From an uncultured bacterium (GTDB taxonomy: Bacteria > Verrucomicrobiota > Verrucomicrobiia > Limisphaerales > UBA8199): a DNA stretch of 64,000 nucleotides. Positions 11,316 to 20,986 of the stretch are shown here, one piece after another. The translations under genes were made by a program, and so were the position numbers. Below the pieces are notes generated by a model that was not told the origin of the DNA, did no database searches, and saw nothing but the letters and a program-made list of their open reading frames with translations. Numbering within the stretch: position 1 is the stretch's first letter; each line of letters begins with the position of its first letter. The stretch covers positions 832,001-896,000 of the forward strand of contig CAVVMW010000004.1 in assembly GCA_963749495.1 (NCBI GenBank), in the 5' to 3' direction.

Positions 11316-11558
11316 TTAAAAGCCTCGCGCGTGCGCCTTGGGAGTTTTGTCCCGGAGGGACATCTGACAATAGCCCGGCGTTTCAACGCCGGGGAGGCCA
11401 AAAAAGGGACCCTCGTCCCGAAGGGACGACTGAGAACACTCCTTGCTTTCAGCCGTCCCTTCGGGACGAACTTGCTCCTTGGCTCCCCTCACCCGGCGTT
11501 GAAACGCCGGGCTATTCTCGGAAGCCCCTTCGGGGCAAAAAGGCGCCGTGGGCTGACC
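11316..11558. repeat. About 240-bp palindromic MITE-like element (GTCCCGGAGGGAC / CCCGGCGTTTCAACGCCGGG)
   Basis: Near-identical copy at 19760-20051, which has an extra ~50 bp. Confidence 0.85.
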
Positions 11559-11637
11559 GACAGTTTCAATCGCGCGCTCTCCGCCCTCCGTGCTGGACGC
11601 GCCCCGGGCTGGTTCTTCCGCCTTTAGCCTTTAGCCT

Positions 11638-12986
11638 TTAGCCTTTAGCCTTCCTGAGTTGCTCCCGCCATTTTTCCACGCGCTCTTTGATCTTCTTCTC
11701 GGCGCCCTGCTCGGTGGGTTCGTAGTAGCGTTTGTCGGCGCCCAGGTAGTCCTGGGCGACGAAATGGTCCGGGTGGTCGTGGGCGTACTGGTAGCCTTGG
11801 CCGTGGCCGAGGCGTTTGGCGCCCTGGTAGCTGGAGTCGCGCAGGTGCTCGGGCACCGGCAGCGTGCGCCCGGACTCGACGTCTTTGAGGGCGGCGCCGA
11901 TGGCGAGGACCGTGCTGTTGCTCTTGGGGGCGGTGGCGATGTAGATGACGGCCTCGGCCAGGGGGATGCGGGCCTCCGGCCAGCCGATGAATTCGGCCGC
12001 GTGAAAGGCCGCGCTGGCCAGCACCAGGGCCATGGGGTCGGCCAGGCCGACGTCCTCGGCGGCGTGAATGACGATGCGCCGCGCGATGAACCGCGGGTCT
12101 TCGCCCGCGTGCATCATCTTGGCCAGCCAGTAGAGCGCCGCGTCCGGGTCGCTCCCGCGCATCGATTTGATGAACGCCGAGATCGTGTCGTAATGGGCGT
12201 CTTCGTCATCGTACACCACGGCCTTCTTCTGAATGCTCTGCTCGGCGGCGGGGAGGTCAATGCGGACCACGCCCTGGGAGTCGGGCGGGGTGGTCAGGGC
12301 GGCGATTTCCAGGGCATTGAGGGCCTTGCGGGCGTCTCCGTCGGAGAGCTTGGCCAGGTGGCGCAGGGCGGCCTCCTGCGCCTGGATGTTCAAGGCGCCC
12401 AGCCCGCGCTCGCGCTCGGCCAGGGCGCGCTGGAGCACCCGGTAGAGGTCCTCTTCGGAGAGCGGCCGCAACTCGAAAATCTGCGAGCGCGAGACCAGCG
12501 GTGAGTTGACAAAAAAGAACGGGTTGTGCGTGGTCGCCCCGATAAGCCGGACAATGCCCCCTTCGACATCCGGCAGGAGCACGTCCTGCTGGCCCTTGTT
12601 GAAGCGGTGGATCTCATCGATGAACAGGATGGTCGGCTGCCCTGTGTTTTCGAGCCGGTTGGCCGCCAGCGAGAGCACCCGCCGCATGTCGGCCACGTTG
12701 GATTCGACACCGCTGAGCTGCTCGAACTTGCTCTTGGTTTGGCGGGCGATGATCTGCGCCAGGGAGGTCTTGCCCGTGCCGGGCGGGCCGAAGAAAATCA
12801 GGGACTGGATGCGGTCGGCCTCGATGGCCCGGCGCAGGAGCCCGGGCCCAGGATGTGCTCCTGGCCGGCGAATTCGGCGAGGTCGCGCGGCCGCATGCGC
12901 GCCGCCAGGGGCTGGTGGCGCGCCGCCTGGGCCGCCGGCTCCGGCCCCGCAGGGGCGGTCTGGGCAAACAGGTCATCACGCGCCAT
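11638..12986 (-). CDS. rarA: Replication-associated recombination protein A (RarA/MgsA AAA+ ATPase); frameshift near 12845
   Basis: PLAARMRPR, GPPGTGKT (from DNA), FIDEIHRFNK, SAFIKSMRGSDPDAA, EDVGLADP. Confidence 0.92.
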
Positions 12987-13380
12987 GCCCGCAACATAAC
13001 AGGCGCCCCGGCGGCTGGCCAATGCGAAAAAAAAACCCCGCCATTGCCGTGTGCAACAGTTCCTTTGAACTTATTAGAAACAGGTGGGAACCCGCTGAAT
13101 TGCTTACGACTTCCAGTTAAGGCCTGTCGGCCACAACCACAGCTTAAGTTCCTCGAATTCTCAACTACGGTTCAAGGACATAGTTTCTGATCACGAGCAT
13201 AGGCAGGGTAAATTCCAGATTCCAAAATCCGAATTCCCGTTTTCCAAAGAACCGGCCGCCGGGCCGCTTCATCCCGGCAGCGCTTTCTGCAATGGATTAT
13301 CGGTTGGCGGCAGAGGTTGCTCAAGATCTTTTTTCGCAGAATCGTAATGCCTCAGAAGGAGGGAGCCTCAGGGGGACCGA

Positions 13381-13526
13381 CCCCTCACCCCGGCCCTCTC
13401 CCCTTCGGAAGGGGAGAGGGAGAGTTCTCGGTGGCGCTTTGAGGAAGCGCAGGCGCCCGGAAGCTTCCGAGACTGCCGAGGCCTCTCCCTCTCCCCTTTG
13501 GAAGGGGAGAGGGCCGGGGTGAGGGG
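13381..13526. repeat. Palindromic element CCCTCACCCCGGCCCTCTCCC...GGGAGAGGGCCGGGGTGAGGG
   Basis: Other copies at 20383-20528, 55084-55228, 56265-56410. Confidence 0.88.
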
Positions 13527-13602
13527 TCGGCCGGGGACCCCGTCTCCGCCTTCACTGACCGGTTCGCCTCATCCTGTCTTTGCCTTGCCAAGGGCGGGGG
13601 GA

Positions 13603-16600
13603 ATGCGGAAACTGCCAGGCGTGTTGTTGGCGAGCGCACGCAGGGCGTGGAAAGGCGGGGCCGGTGGTCTGCTGAGCGCGGCTTGGCTGATAGTGCTGGC
13701 CGGGGGCGGCAGGGTGGCGGGGGGTGTCGATGCGGGCGGGGGGCGGGCGGTTTTCCAGGTGTGGCAGCCAGAGGACTGGGAGAAGGGCACGGTGCCCGCC
13801 CTGCTGCAGTCGCGGGAGGGTTACCTGTGGCTGGGGACCTACCATGGCCTGGTGCGTTTCGACGGAGTGCGGTCCCAGGTCTTCAACGCCGTCAACGCGC
13901 CCGGCTTGACCAACGGCGTCGTCACCAGCCTCTACGAAGACAGTGGCGGGGTCCTGTGGATCGGCCACGAGACGGGCAACCTGACGCGTTTCAAGGACGG
14001 GGTGTTCCAGGCGATCAAACTGGGGCGGTTCTGGCCCCGGGGCGCCATCGAGGCCATCAGCAGCGATGAAGAAGGGAACTTGTGGCTGCTCAACGACAGC
14101 GGGCGGCTTTACCGGGTGCGGGACGAGCGGCTGGTGGAGAGCCCCGGTGGCGGGGCCACCGCCAGCCGCAAGGCGATGCTGGCGCGTTCCCCCGGCGGCA
14201 GGCTCTGGGTCGTCTCCAACGGCTCGGTGGCCGCGCTGGAGCGGGGCGCCCTGGCGCCTTGCCGCTTCACCGAGCAGGACGGGACGCCCGGCTTCTACGA
14301 ACGGGTCCTGCCGGCGCGGGACGGGAGCCTCTGGGTGCTGGGCAACGGCCGCCTGCGCAAGTGGCGCGCTGGGCGGTGGGTGGCCGAATGCCCCGGTTGC
14401 CCGCGCGAGCCGGGGCAGGTCACGACCCTGCTGGAGATGCGGTCCGGCGGGTTGCTGGCCGGCACGCTCAAAGCCGGCCTCTACCTGTTCCCACCCAACT
14501 CCCAGCCGCTGCACTTGAGCCGGACCGACGGCCTTTCCCACGATTGGGTCCGCTGCCTCTGCGAAGACAGCGAGGGCGATCTCTGGCTGGGAACCGGCGC
14601 CGGGTTCGACGGCCTGCGGGCGCGCCCGGTCGCAGTGCTCAACGCCCCGGATGCCATGCAGGGGTGCGCCGTGCTCTCGTTTGCGCTCGACCCGGACGGC
14701 GGGGCCTGGATCGGGACCGAGGGGGCCGGCCTTTACAGTTGGCAGGGCGGCCAATGGCGGTCGTTCTGCGAGACCAACGGCCTGCCCAATGCCTTTGTCT
14801 GGTCGGTCCTTGAGTCCCGCGCAGGCGCGTTGTATGTGGGCACCTGGGGCGGGGGACTGCTGGTCAAACGCGGCGACCGTTTCGATTCGCCCGGGGAGCT
14901 GGCCCGGCTCACCGCCCCGGTGGTGTCTTTGTACGAAGACCGGCGCGGCGCCCTCTGGATCGGCACGATCGCGGGCCTCTACCGTTTCCAGGACGGCAAG
15001 CTGACCTCGCCTGCCGGCAAAGACAAGCTGTTGGTGCCCGACGTGCGGGCGATAGCCGAGGCGGCGGATGGCACGCTTTGGTTCGGCATGTCGGGCGGCG
15101 GGTTGGGCTCAGTCAAGGAGGGCGTCTTGAGGCAGTTGCGCAAGCAGGACGGGCTGGGCAGCGACTTTGTCTCCTGTCTGTATCCGGAACCGGACGGCAC
15201 GCTCTGGTATGGGACAAGGGACCGTGGCCTGGGCCGGCTCAAGGAAGGCCGGTTCGCGATACTGGGGCCGGAGCAGGGCATCCCGGGGCGCAGCATCTCG
15301 CACATTGTGGACGACGGGGCGGGCAACCTGTGGATGGGCTCGGAGCGCGGCATCCTGCGCGCCAGCAAGTTGGACCTGTGCCGTTGCGCCGACGGAGCGG
15401 TCAAGAGCATTCATTGCCTGAGCTATGGCAAGGCCGAGGGCCTGGCCTCGCCGATGTGCTCGGGCGGCTTTCAGCCCGGGGCCTGCCGCGGCCCCGACGG
15501 CCGGCTCTGGTTTCCCACCGCCAAGGGCCTGGCCATTGTCGATCCCGCCGAGGTCACCACCAATCGCGTCGCCCCGCCGGTCAAGATCGAAGAACTGCGC
15601 GTGGGCGCCCGGACCATCTGGGCCGGGCAGGGGCCGGGACGAGGCGGGGGCGGCTGGCCGATCATCCCCGCCGGGGGCCAGCGATTCGAGTTCCATTATA
15701 CCGGGCTGAGCTTCGCCGCCCCGGACAAGGTCTGCTTCCAGTACAAGCTCGAGGGCCTCGATGCCGACTGGGTGGATGCCGAAACGCGGCGCGTGGTCGA
15801 GTACAGCTATCTGCCGCCGGGCAAGTACCGATTCCGTGTCACCGCCTGCAACAACAACGGGGTCTGGAACGAAGAGGGCGCGTCGCTGGCCTTCACCGTG
15901 CTGCCGCATTGGTGGCAGACCTGGTGGTTTGACCTGTTGGCGGCGGGCGGCGGGGCCGGCGCTGTGGGCGCCGGCGTGTTGGGGGCGGCCCGGCGGCGCC
16001 TGCGCCGCCGGATGCAGCAGTTGGAGCGGCAGCGCGCCCTGGAACGGGAGCGCACCCGCATCGCCCGCGACATCCACGACGACCTGGGCGCCAGCCTCAC
16101 GCGCATCACGCTCATGAGCCAGTCGGTTTGTGGCGAGTTGACCGCGTTGCCCGAGGCGGCCGCCGAGGTCCAGGCCATCTGCACCACGGCCCGCGAGGTG
16201 ACCCGCGCCCTGGACGAGATCGTCTGGGCGGTCAATCCCAGGCACGACACCCTGGACAGCCTGGCGACCTATCTGGGGCGTTTCGCCCAGCAGTTCCTCA
16301 GCGCGGCCGGGATTCGCTGCCGCCTGGATGTCCCCGTGCACCTGCCGCCCTGGGCCCTCTCGGCCGAGGTGCGGCACACCGTCTTCCTCGCCTTCAAAGA
16401 GGCCCTCCACAACGCCGTCAAACACGCCCGCGCCACCGAGGTCCGCATCTCCTTTGACCTGCTCGAGCACGGTTTCGCATTGTGGGTCGTGGATAACGGG
16501 TGCGGCTTCGACTGGAACCTCGTGCAGGCGCGGGGCAACGGCCTGCTCAACATGCGCAAGCGCCTGGAGGAGGTCGGCGGGTCTTGCCAATGGACCACCG

Positions 16601-16656
16601 CCCCCTCCGAAGGGACCCGCGTCAGGCTGAGCGTCATCAAAACAGACGACAGCTAA
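13603..16656 (+). CDS. Sensor histidine kinase with Reg_prop beta-propeller repeats, Y_Y_Y domain and HisKA_3/HATPase
   Basis: Repeated EDxxGxLWxGT, LPPGKYRFRVTACNNNGVW, ERTRIARDIHDDLG, EALHNAVKHA, DNGCGF; start approximate. Confidence 0.92.
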   Translation: MRKLPGVLLASARRAWKGGAGGLLSAAWLIVLAGGGRVAGGVDAGGGRAVFQVWQPEDWEKGTVPALLQSREGYLWLGTYHGLVRFDGVRSQVFNAVNAPGLTNGVVTSLYEDSGGVLWIGHETGNLTRFKDGVFQAIKLGRFWPRGAIEAISSDEEGNLWLLNDSGRLYRVRDERLVESPGGGATASRKAMLARSPGGRLWVVSNGSVAALERGALAPCRFTEQDGTPGFYERVLPARDGSLWVLGNGRLRKWRAGRWVAECPGCPREPGQVTTLLEMRSGGLLAGTLKAGLYLFPPNSQPLHLSRTDGLSHDWVRCLCEDSEGDLWLGTGAGFDGLRARPVAVLNAPDAMQGCAVLSFALDPDGGAWIGTEGAGLYSWQGGQWRSFCETNGLPNAFVWSVLESRAGALYVGTWGGGLLVKRGDRFDSPGELARLTAPVVSLYEDRRGALWIGTIAGLYRFQDGKLTSPAGKDKLLVPDVRAIAEAADGTLWFGMSGGGLGSVKEGVLRQLRKQDGLGSDFVSCLYPEPDGTLWYGTRDRGLGRLKEGRFAILGPEQGIPGRSISHIVDDGAGNLWMGSERGILRASKLDLCRCADGAVKSIHCLSYGKAEGLASPMCSGGFQPGACRGPDGRLWFPTAKGLAIVDPAEVTTNRVAPPVKIEELRVGARTIWAGQGPGRGGGGWPIIPAGGQRFEFHYTGLSFAAPDKVCFQYKLEGLDADWVDAETRRVVEYSYLPPGKYRFRVTACNNNGVWNEEGASLAFTVLPHWWQTWWFDLLAAGGGAGAVGAGVLGAARRRLRRRMQQLERQRALERERTRIARDIHDDLGASLTRITLMSQSVCGELTALPEAAAEVQAICTTAREVTRALDEIVWAVNPRHDTLDSLATYLGRFAQQFLSAAGIRCRLDVPVHLPPWALSAEVRHTVFLAFKEALHNAVKHARATEVRISFDLLEHGFALWVVDNGCGFDWNLVQARGNGLLNMRKRLEEVGGSCQWTTAPSEGTRVRLSVIKTDDS

Positions 16657-16686
16657 TCTCCACGGGGATCGATTATAACGCGGTGC

Positions 16687-17328
16687 ATGGCCATCTCGGT
16701 GTCTATTGTGGAAGACGACTTGCAGACGCGGAAGATATTTGCCGGCTGGATCGGGCATTGCGCCGCCTTCCGGCTTGCCGGGGAATGGGGTGACGCCGAG
16801 AGCGCCCTGGGCGGGGTCGTCCAGCAGATGCCCAACGTGGTGTTGATGGACATCAACCTGCCCGGAATGAGCGGCGTCGAGGCCGTCCGCCGGCTCAAGC
16901 CTGTCCTGCCCCAAACCCAGTTTGTCATGCTGACGGTCTATGAGGATGCCGACCATATCTACGACGCGCTGGCGGCCGGGGCGTCCGGCTATCTGCTCAA
17001 GCAGACACCGCGCCAGGAATTGCTGGCCGCCCTGGAAGACGTGCACCAGGGCGGCTCGCCCATGACCAGCAACATCGCCCGCAAGGTCGTTCAGTCCTTC
17101 CGCCAGGCCCCTGCCCCGGTCCCCACCGGCCTGGCCCTCTCCCCGCGCGAGCAGGAGGTCCTGGATTTCCTGGCGCAGGGCTATCTCTACAAGGAGATTG
17201 CCGAGCGCCTCAATATCAGCGTGCCCACCGTCAATACTTACGTCCGGCGCATGTACGAAAAGCTCCACGTCCGCTCCCGCGCCCAGGCCGTCGCCAAATA
17301 CACGGGGCGCGCTGCGGCGCGCGAATGA
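16687..17328 (+). CDS. NarL/FixJ-family response regulator (REC + LuxR HTH)
   Basis: VEDD, LMDINLPGMSG, GYLLK, LSPREQEVL...YKEIA. Confidence 0.95.
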   Translation: MAISVSIVEDDLQTRKIFAGWIGHCAAFRLAGEWGDAESALGGVVQQMPNVVLMDINLPGMSGVEAVRRLKPVLPQTQFVMLTVYEDADHIYDALAAGASGYLLKQTPRQELLAALEDVHQGGSPMTSNIARKVVQSFRQAPAPVPTGLALSPREQEVLDFLAQGYLYKEIAERLNISVPTVNTYVRRMYEKLHVRSRAQAVAKYTGRAAARE

Positions 17329-17417
17329 CGAATGACGAATGACGAATGACGAATGACCAAGGGGCGCTGCCGGGAGTCATTCGTCATTCGTCATTCGTCA
17401 TTCGTCATTCGTCATTC
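17322..17417. repeat. Inverted pair of (CGAATGA)n / (TCATTCG)n heptamer tracts forming a hairpin; possible terminator
   Basis: gaatgac x5 ... gtcattc x5-6. Confidence 0.9.
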
Positions 17418-17669
17418 CCCCTCCCCTCCTGCACCGCCGCCCCGTTGTCATCTCTTTTCACGACATGCCATTTTGCCCCAAGCTGCTAGGCTCGCAAGCG
17501 TTCGACTGTCTCTATGACGAGCTTCGTGTGGGAAGGAAAGACTGCGGTTTCTGTTGGCGCGGCGTGGGTGGGCAACGGCTTTGCCCTGTGGCGTGCCCTT
17601 GCGCCTGAGGCCGGGACTTTCCCCGCGTAGAAGCCTCGCGAACACTGAAAGAAAAAGGATGAATCCACC

Positions 17670-19658
17670 ATGAAAAAGAGAACAATGCGGCAATGTCTCC
17701 GCCCGACCGTATTCGGACTCGCCCTGGCCGCGTCAATGGCCGTCAGCCAGGCGCAGACCTTCACCAACATCGTGATTAGCACATTCGATTCGGCCAGTGA
17801 CCCCTACGTGAACACGTATTATTGGTGGGGTGGCGATGTCCACACGACCACCTGGGATGGCACCCAGAATGCCACCAGCACGCTGGTCCCGAATACTCCC
17901 GGCTCCGGCGCCCTGGAGATCATGGTGAACTGGACGGACACCTCGGGAGTCTCGGGCAACCAGCAGCCCCAGTTTGTATTCCTCGACGGGTTCAACGGCG
18001 GCGGAAGCGGCATCAGCTCTGGCTCCGTCGTCAATGGCTTCTATTACGACCTGGACTTCGACCTCAAGTTCGATCCTGCCTCGGCCAGGAGCGCTGTCGA
18101 CGGCTCGTTCGGCAACATGGAGGTCGGTGTCGCCACGACCGGTTGGGCCCAGAATTGGCTCTGGCAGCCCACCGGCTACACCAACCAGGGGTGGAACCAT
18201 ATCCATATCCCTATCAACCCAACAACCCCCAACATCGACCAGATGGCCGGCTTTATCTTCGGGTTCCCCTGGCAGACCTCGAGCAGCAATACAAACGCCT
18301 TCTATACCAACGCCACCCAAGTCACAACCGTCTGGCTGGACAACATCGTTTTCACCACGAACCTGAACAAGAACCTGGCACCGCCGACATTGACGCTCGC
18401 CCCTGTGGCGCCGACGCCCGGCTTGAACATCCAGACCAGTTCCTCTGACGGGGAATATGACCGCGAGAATATTGCCACTGTGAGCAGCGATTACTCCTGG
18501 GTCGGCGCGGGCAGCACGCCCGTGGCCTATTCTCTGACCCTCGCCAAGTATCCGGGCACCAACAACCCCTACTTCGAGACACACATCTTCCTGGCCTCGG
18601 GCGCCAGCGGCACGCCGCCGGGCACCGAAAGCGGCCCGGATTGGAACGAGCCCAATACTATCTTCGTGCAGATCCAGAATAACCCGGATGGGAGCGCTTC
18701 AGCCCGGTTCATGTGGAAGACCAATGATCCCGGCGCCAACGACATGATCTGGGGTCCCATTGGCACGCTCGGCTCTCTCTCCGAACCTGCCGGCCCCCTG
18801 GGCACCTGGTCCATCGCCTTCGTCAATGATACCAACGTGACCCTCACCTCGCCCAGTGGGCTGAGCACCAACTTCAACTTCCCGGACGATGCGGCGCTCC
18901 AGGCCGCTTTCCCGCAAGGTTCGGTGGTGGCCTATTTTGGGGGCATGCCCAATGCCACCAGCAATCCCGGCCAAGGCATTGTGATCACCGACATCAGCAT
19001 CACCGGCCCCGCCAGCGCCATCACGCCCATCGACGACCATTTCACCGAGGGTGTGCTGGATGCGAACACGTGGGTCGTCCGGGCGGCCAGCGCGGCGGAC
19101 GTTTCCCTGGTCCAGAACAACATCCACTGGAGCCTGAAATGGACCCTCCCTGACCTGCATTTCCTATTGCAATCGGCCCCAAGCGTCCTCGGTCCCTGGA
19201 CTGACGCCACCATTATCACCAACGCCTCTCAATCGGGATCGACCAAATCGCTCCTGGTGCCGGACACCGCTTTGGCCTCGAAAGCCAGCACCTTCTTCCG
19301 CATGGTCAAGCCCGCGGCCACGCAGTTGCAGGTGCTCATGCCGGGTGAGACGGCGGCGCCGGGCACGCCCAGCGGCAAGACCGGAACGCCCACTCAACAA
19401 GCCGCCGGGGCCAATGTAACGGTCACCGTCAATGCGGTGGACGCCAACTGGAACCTCGTCAACTATGTCGCCGACACGGTGGCAATTACCAGCTCGGATA
19501 CCATGGCGACATTGCCCAACAACGCAGCCCTGAGCAACGGCACAGGGACGTTTCAGATCATTTTCGGCTCCGCAGGCTCCCAGACCGTCACGGCCACCGA
19601 TGTGACAAACACCAACATAGCCCCCAACACCGGCACCTCGACCACGGTCACGCCGTGA
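17670..19658 (+). CDS. Secreted beta-rich protein of unknown function with a C-terminal Ig-like domain
   Basis: Signal peptide (AVSQA/QT), T/N/S/G-rich, coding-like codon usage. Confidence 0.8.
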   Translation: MKKRTMRQCLRPTVFGLALAASMAVSQAQTFTNIVISTFDSASDPYVNTYYWWGGDVHTTTWDGTQNATSTLVPNTPGSGALEIMVNWTDTSGVSGNQQPQFVFLDGFNGGGSGISSGSVVNGFYYDLDFDLKFDPASARSAVDGSFGNMEVGVATTGWAQNWLWQPTGYTNQGWNHIHIPINPTTPNIDQMAGFIFGFPWQTSSSNTNAFYTNATQVTTVWLDNIVFTTNLNKNLAPPTLTLAPVAPTPGLNIQTSSSDGEYDRENIATVSSDYSWVGAGSTPVAYSLTLAKYPGTNNPYFETHIFLASGASGTPPGTESGPDWNEPNTIFVQIQNNPDGSASARFMWKTNDPGANDMIWGPIGTLGSLSEPAGPLGTWSIAFVNDTNVTLTSPSGLSTNFNFPDDAALQAAFPQGSVVAYFGGMPNATSNPGQGIVITDISITGPASAITPIDDHFTEGVLDANTWVVRAASAADVSLVQNNIHWSLKWTLPDLHFLLQSAPSVLGPWTDATIITNASQSGSTKSLLVPDTALASKASTFFRMVKPAATQLQVLMPGETAAPGTPSGKTGTPTQQAAGANVTVTVNAVDANWNLVNYVADTVAITSSDTMATLPNNAALSNGTGTFQIIFGSAGSQTVTATDVTNTNIAPNTGTSTTVTP

Positions 19659-19702
19659 TGGGGGCCGTGATGGGGTCATAGGCTCTTCAGAAGCCCACCC
19701 AA

Positions 19703-19737
19703 GAGGGCGCCGCTACCCAGCGGCGCCCTCGTTCTTT
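19703..19737 (+). terminator. Rho-independent terminator-like hairpin
   Basis: gagggcgccgct-accc-agcggcgccctc followed by gttcttt. Confidence 0.65.
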
Positions 19738-19759
19738 GTGCGCTTCGCGATGGGTGCGA

Positions 19760-20051
19760 TTAAAAGCGTCGGGCATGCGCCTCGGGAGTTTTGTCCCGGA
19801 GGGACATCTGACAATAGCCCGGCGTTTCAACGCCGGGGAGGCCACAAAAGGGACCCTCGTCCCGAAGGGACGACTGAGAACATTCCTTGCTTTCAGCCGT
19901 CCCTTTCGGGACAGACCGGCTCCTTGGCTCCGCTGACCCGGCGTTGAAACGCCGGGCTATTGTCGGAAGCCCCGCCCTTTCTGGCTTTTGGGACCGAGGT
20001 TGGCCCGCATTTGGCCGGAAAGCGCGGGGCAAAAAGGCGCCGTGGGCTGAC
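19760..20051. repeat. Second copy of the 11316-11558 MITE-like element
   Basis: Shared gggagttttgtcccggagggacatctgacaatagcccggcg...ggggcaaaaaggcgccgtgggctgac. Confidence 0.85.
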
Positions 20052-20382
20052 GGACAGAACAGCCGCCAATAATCATCCGGAGCGCTGAAAGCGCGATTCA
20101 TCCTTGGTCCTGCGCTGTGCTACGAAAGGAGCAAAAACTCTTCGGATCTTCTCAATTCGCAGGCCTCGAGGAATTCTGTCCGCGCCCCTGGGTTGGCGCG
20201 ATGCGAGCTCGAGAAGGGGCTCCAGCGCACCATAGATCACCCCCCTCCCATGCGCTCCGAGCGCATGGGAGGGGGGACGGGGGGTGGGTTTCGGTCCCTG
20301 CTCGGGGGCGGTGTCCGGATGCGCCCATGCAAACCCCCGCGAGTAAGGCCTCAGTGAAGGCAGGAGCGGCACCGCGGGCAGA

Positions 20383-20528
20383 CCCCTCACCCCGGCCCTC
20401 TCCCCATCGGATGGTGAGAGGGTGGATTCTCCGTAGCGGCTCGATGAACCAGAGACGCCAGGAAACTCTGGAGACTGCCGAGGCTTCTCCCTCTCCCCGT
20501 CGGACGGGGAGAGGGTTGGGGTGAGGGG
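20383..20528. repeat. CCCTCACC-family palindrome
   Basis: Similar to 13381-13526. Confidence 0.85.
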
Positions 20529-20986
20529 TCCGCCGGGGACTCTGTCTCCGCCTTCACTGACCGGTTACCCCCGCGAAACAATTCCTGTCAACGCCGCATT
20601 TGCTTCGTCGTAAAATCTCGCGATCACATAATTGAAATTAGCCAAGGACCATCGGGCTTTGCTGGTTTCGTGGCGGTTTTATCGGGTGGCCAGTTGGTTA
20701 TGGAATTGGCAGCGGCAACTGGGAGATCGGCTTCGGCCGTGCATGGAACACGTGCTCACCATTCCGGATTGCACACCTGCGTCCGGCATTTTGCCGGCCG
20801 GTTCACTAGCGAGGCAAGGCCTCAGACCGTGGCTCGGGCATCCTGCCCAAGCCCCCACGGGCAGGATGCCCGTGCCACAAACTTGGCTTGTCTGCATCAC
20901 GTTTTGAAATTCAAGGACTCTAGACCCGCGCATCCTTTCCTTAATCCCACAAACCAGGGAATCCCCAATCTTAGGGATCACAGACT

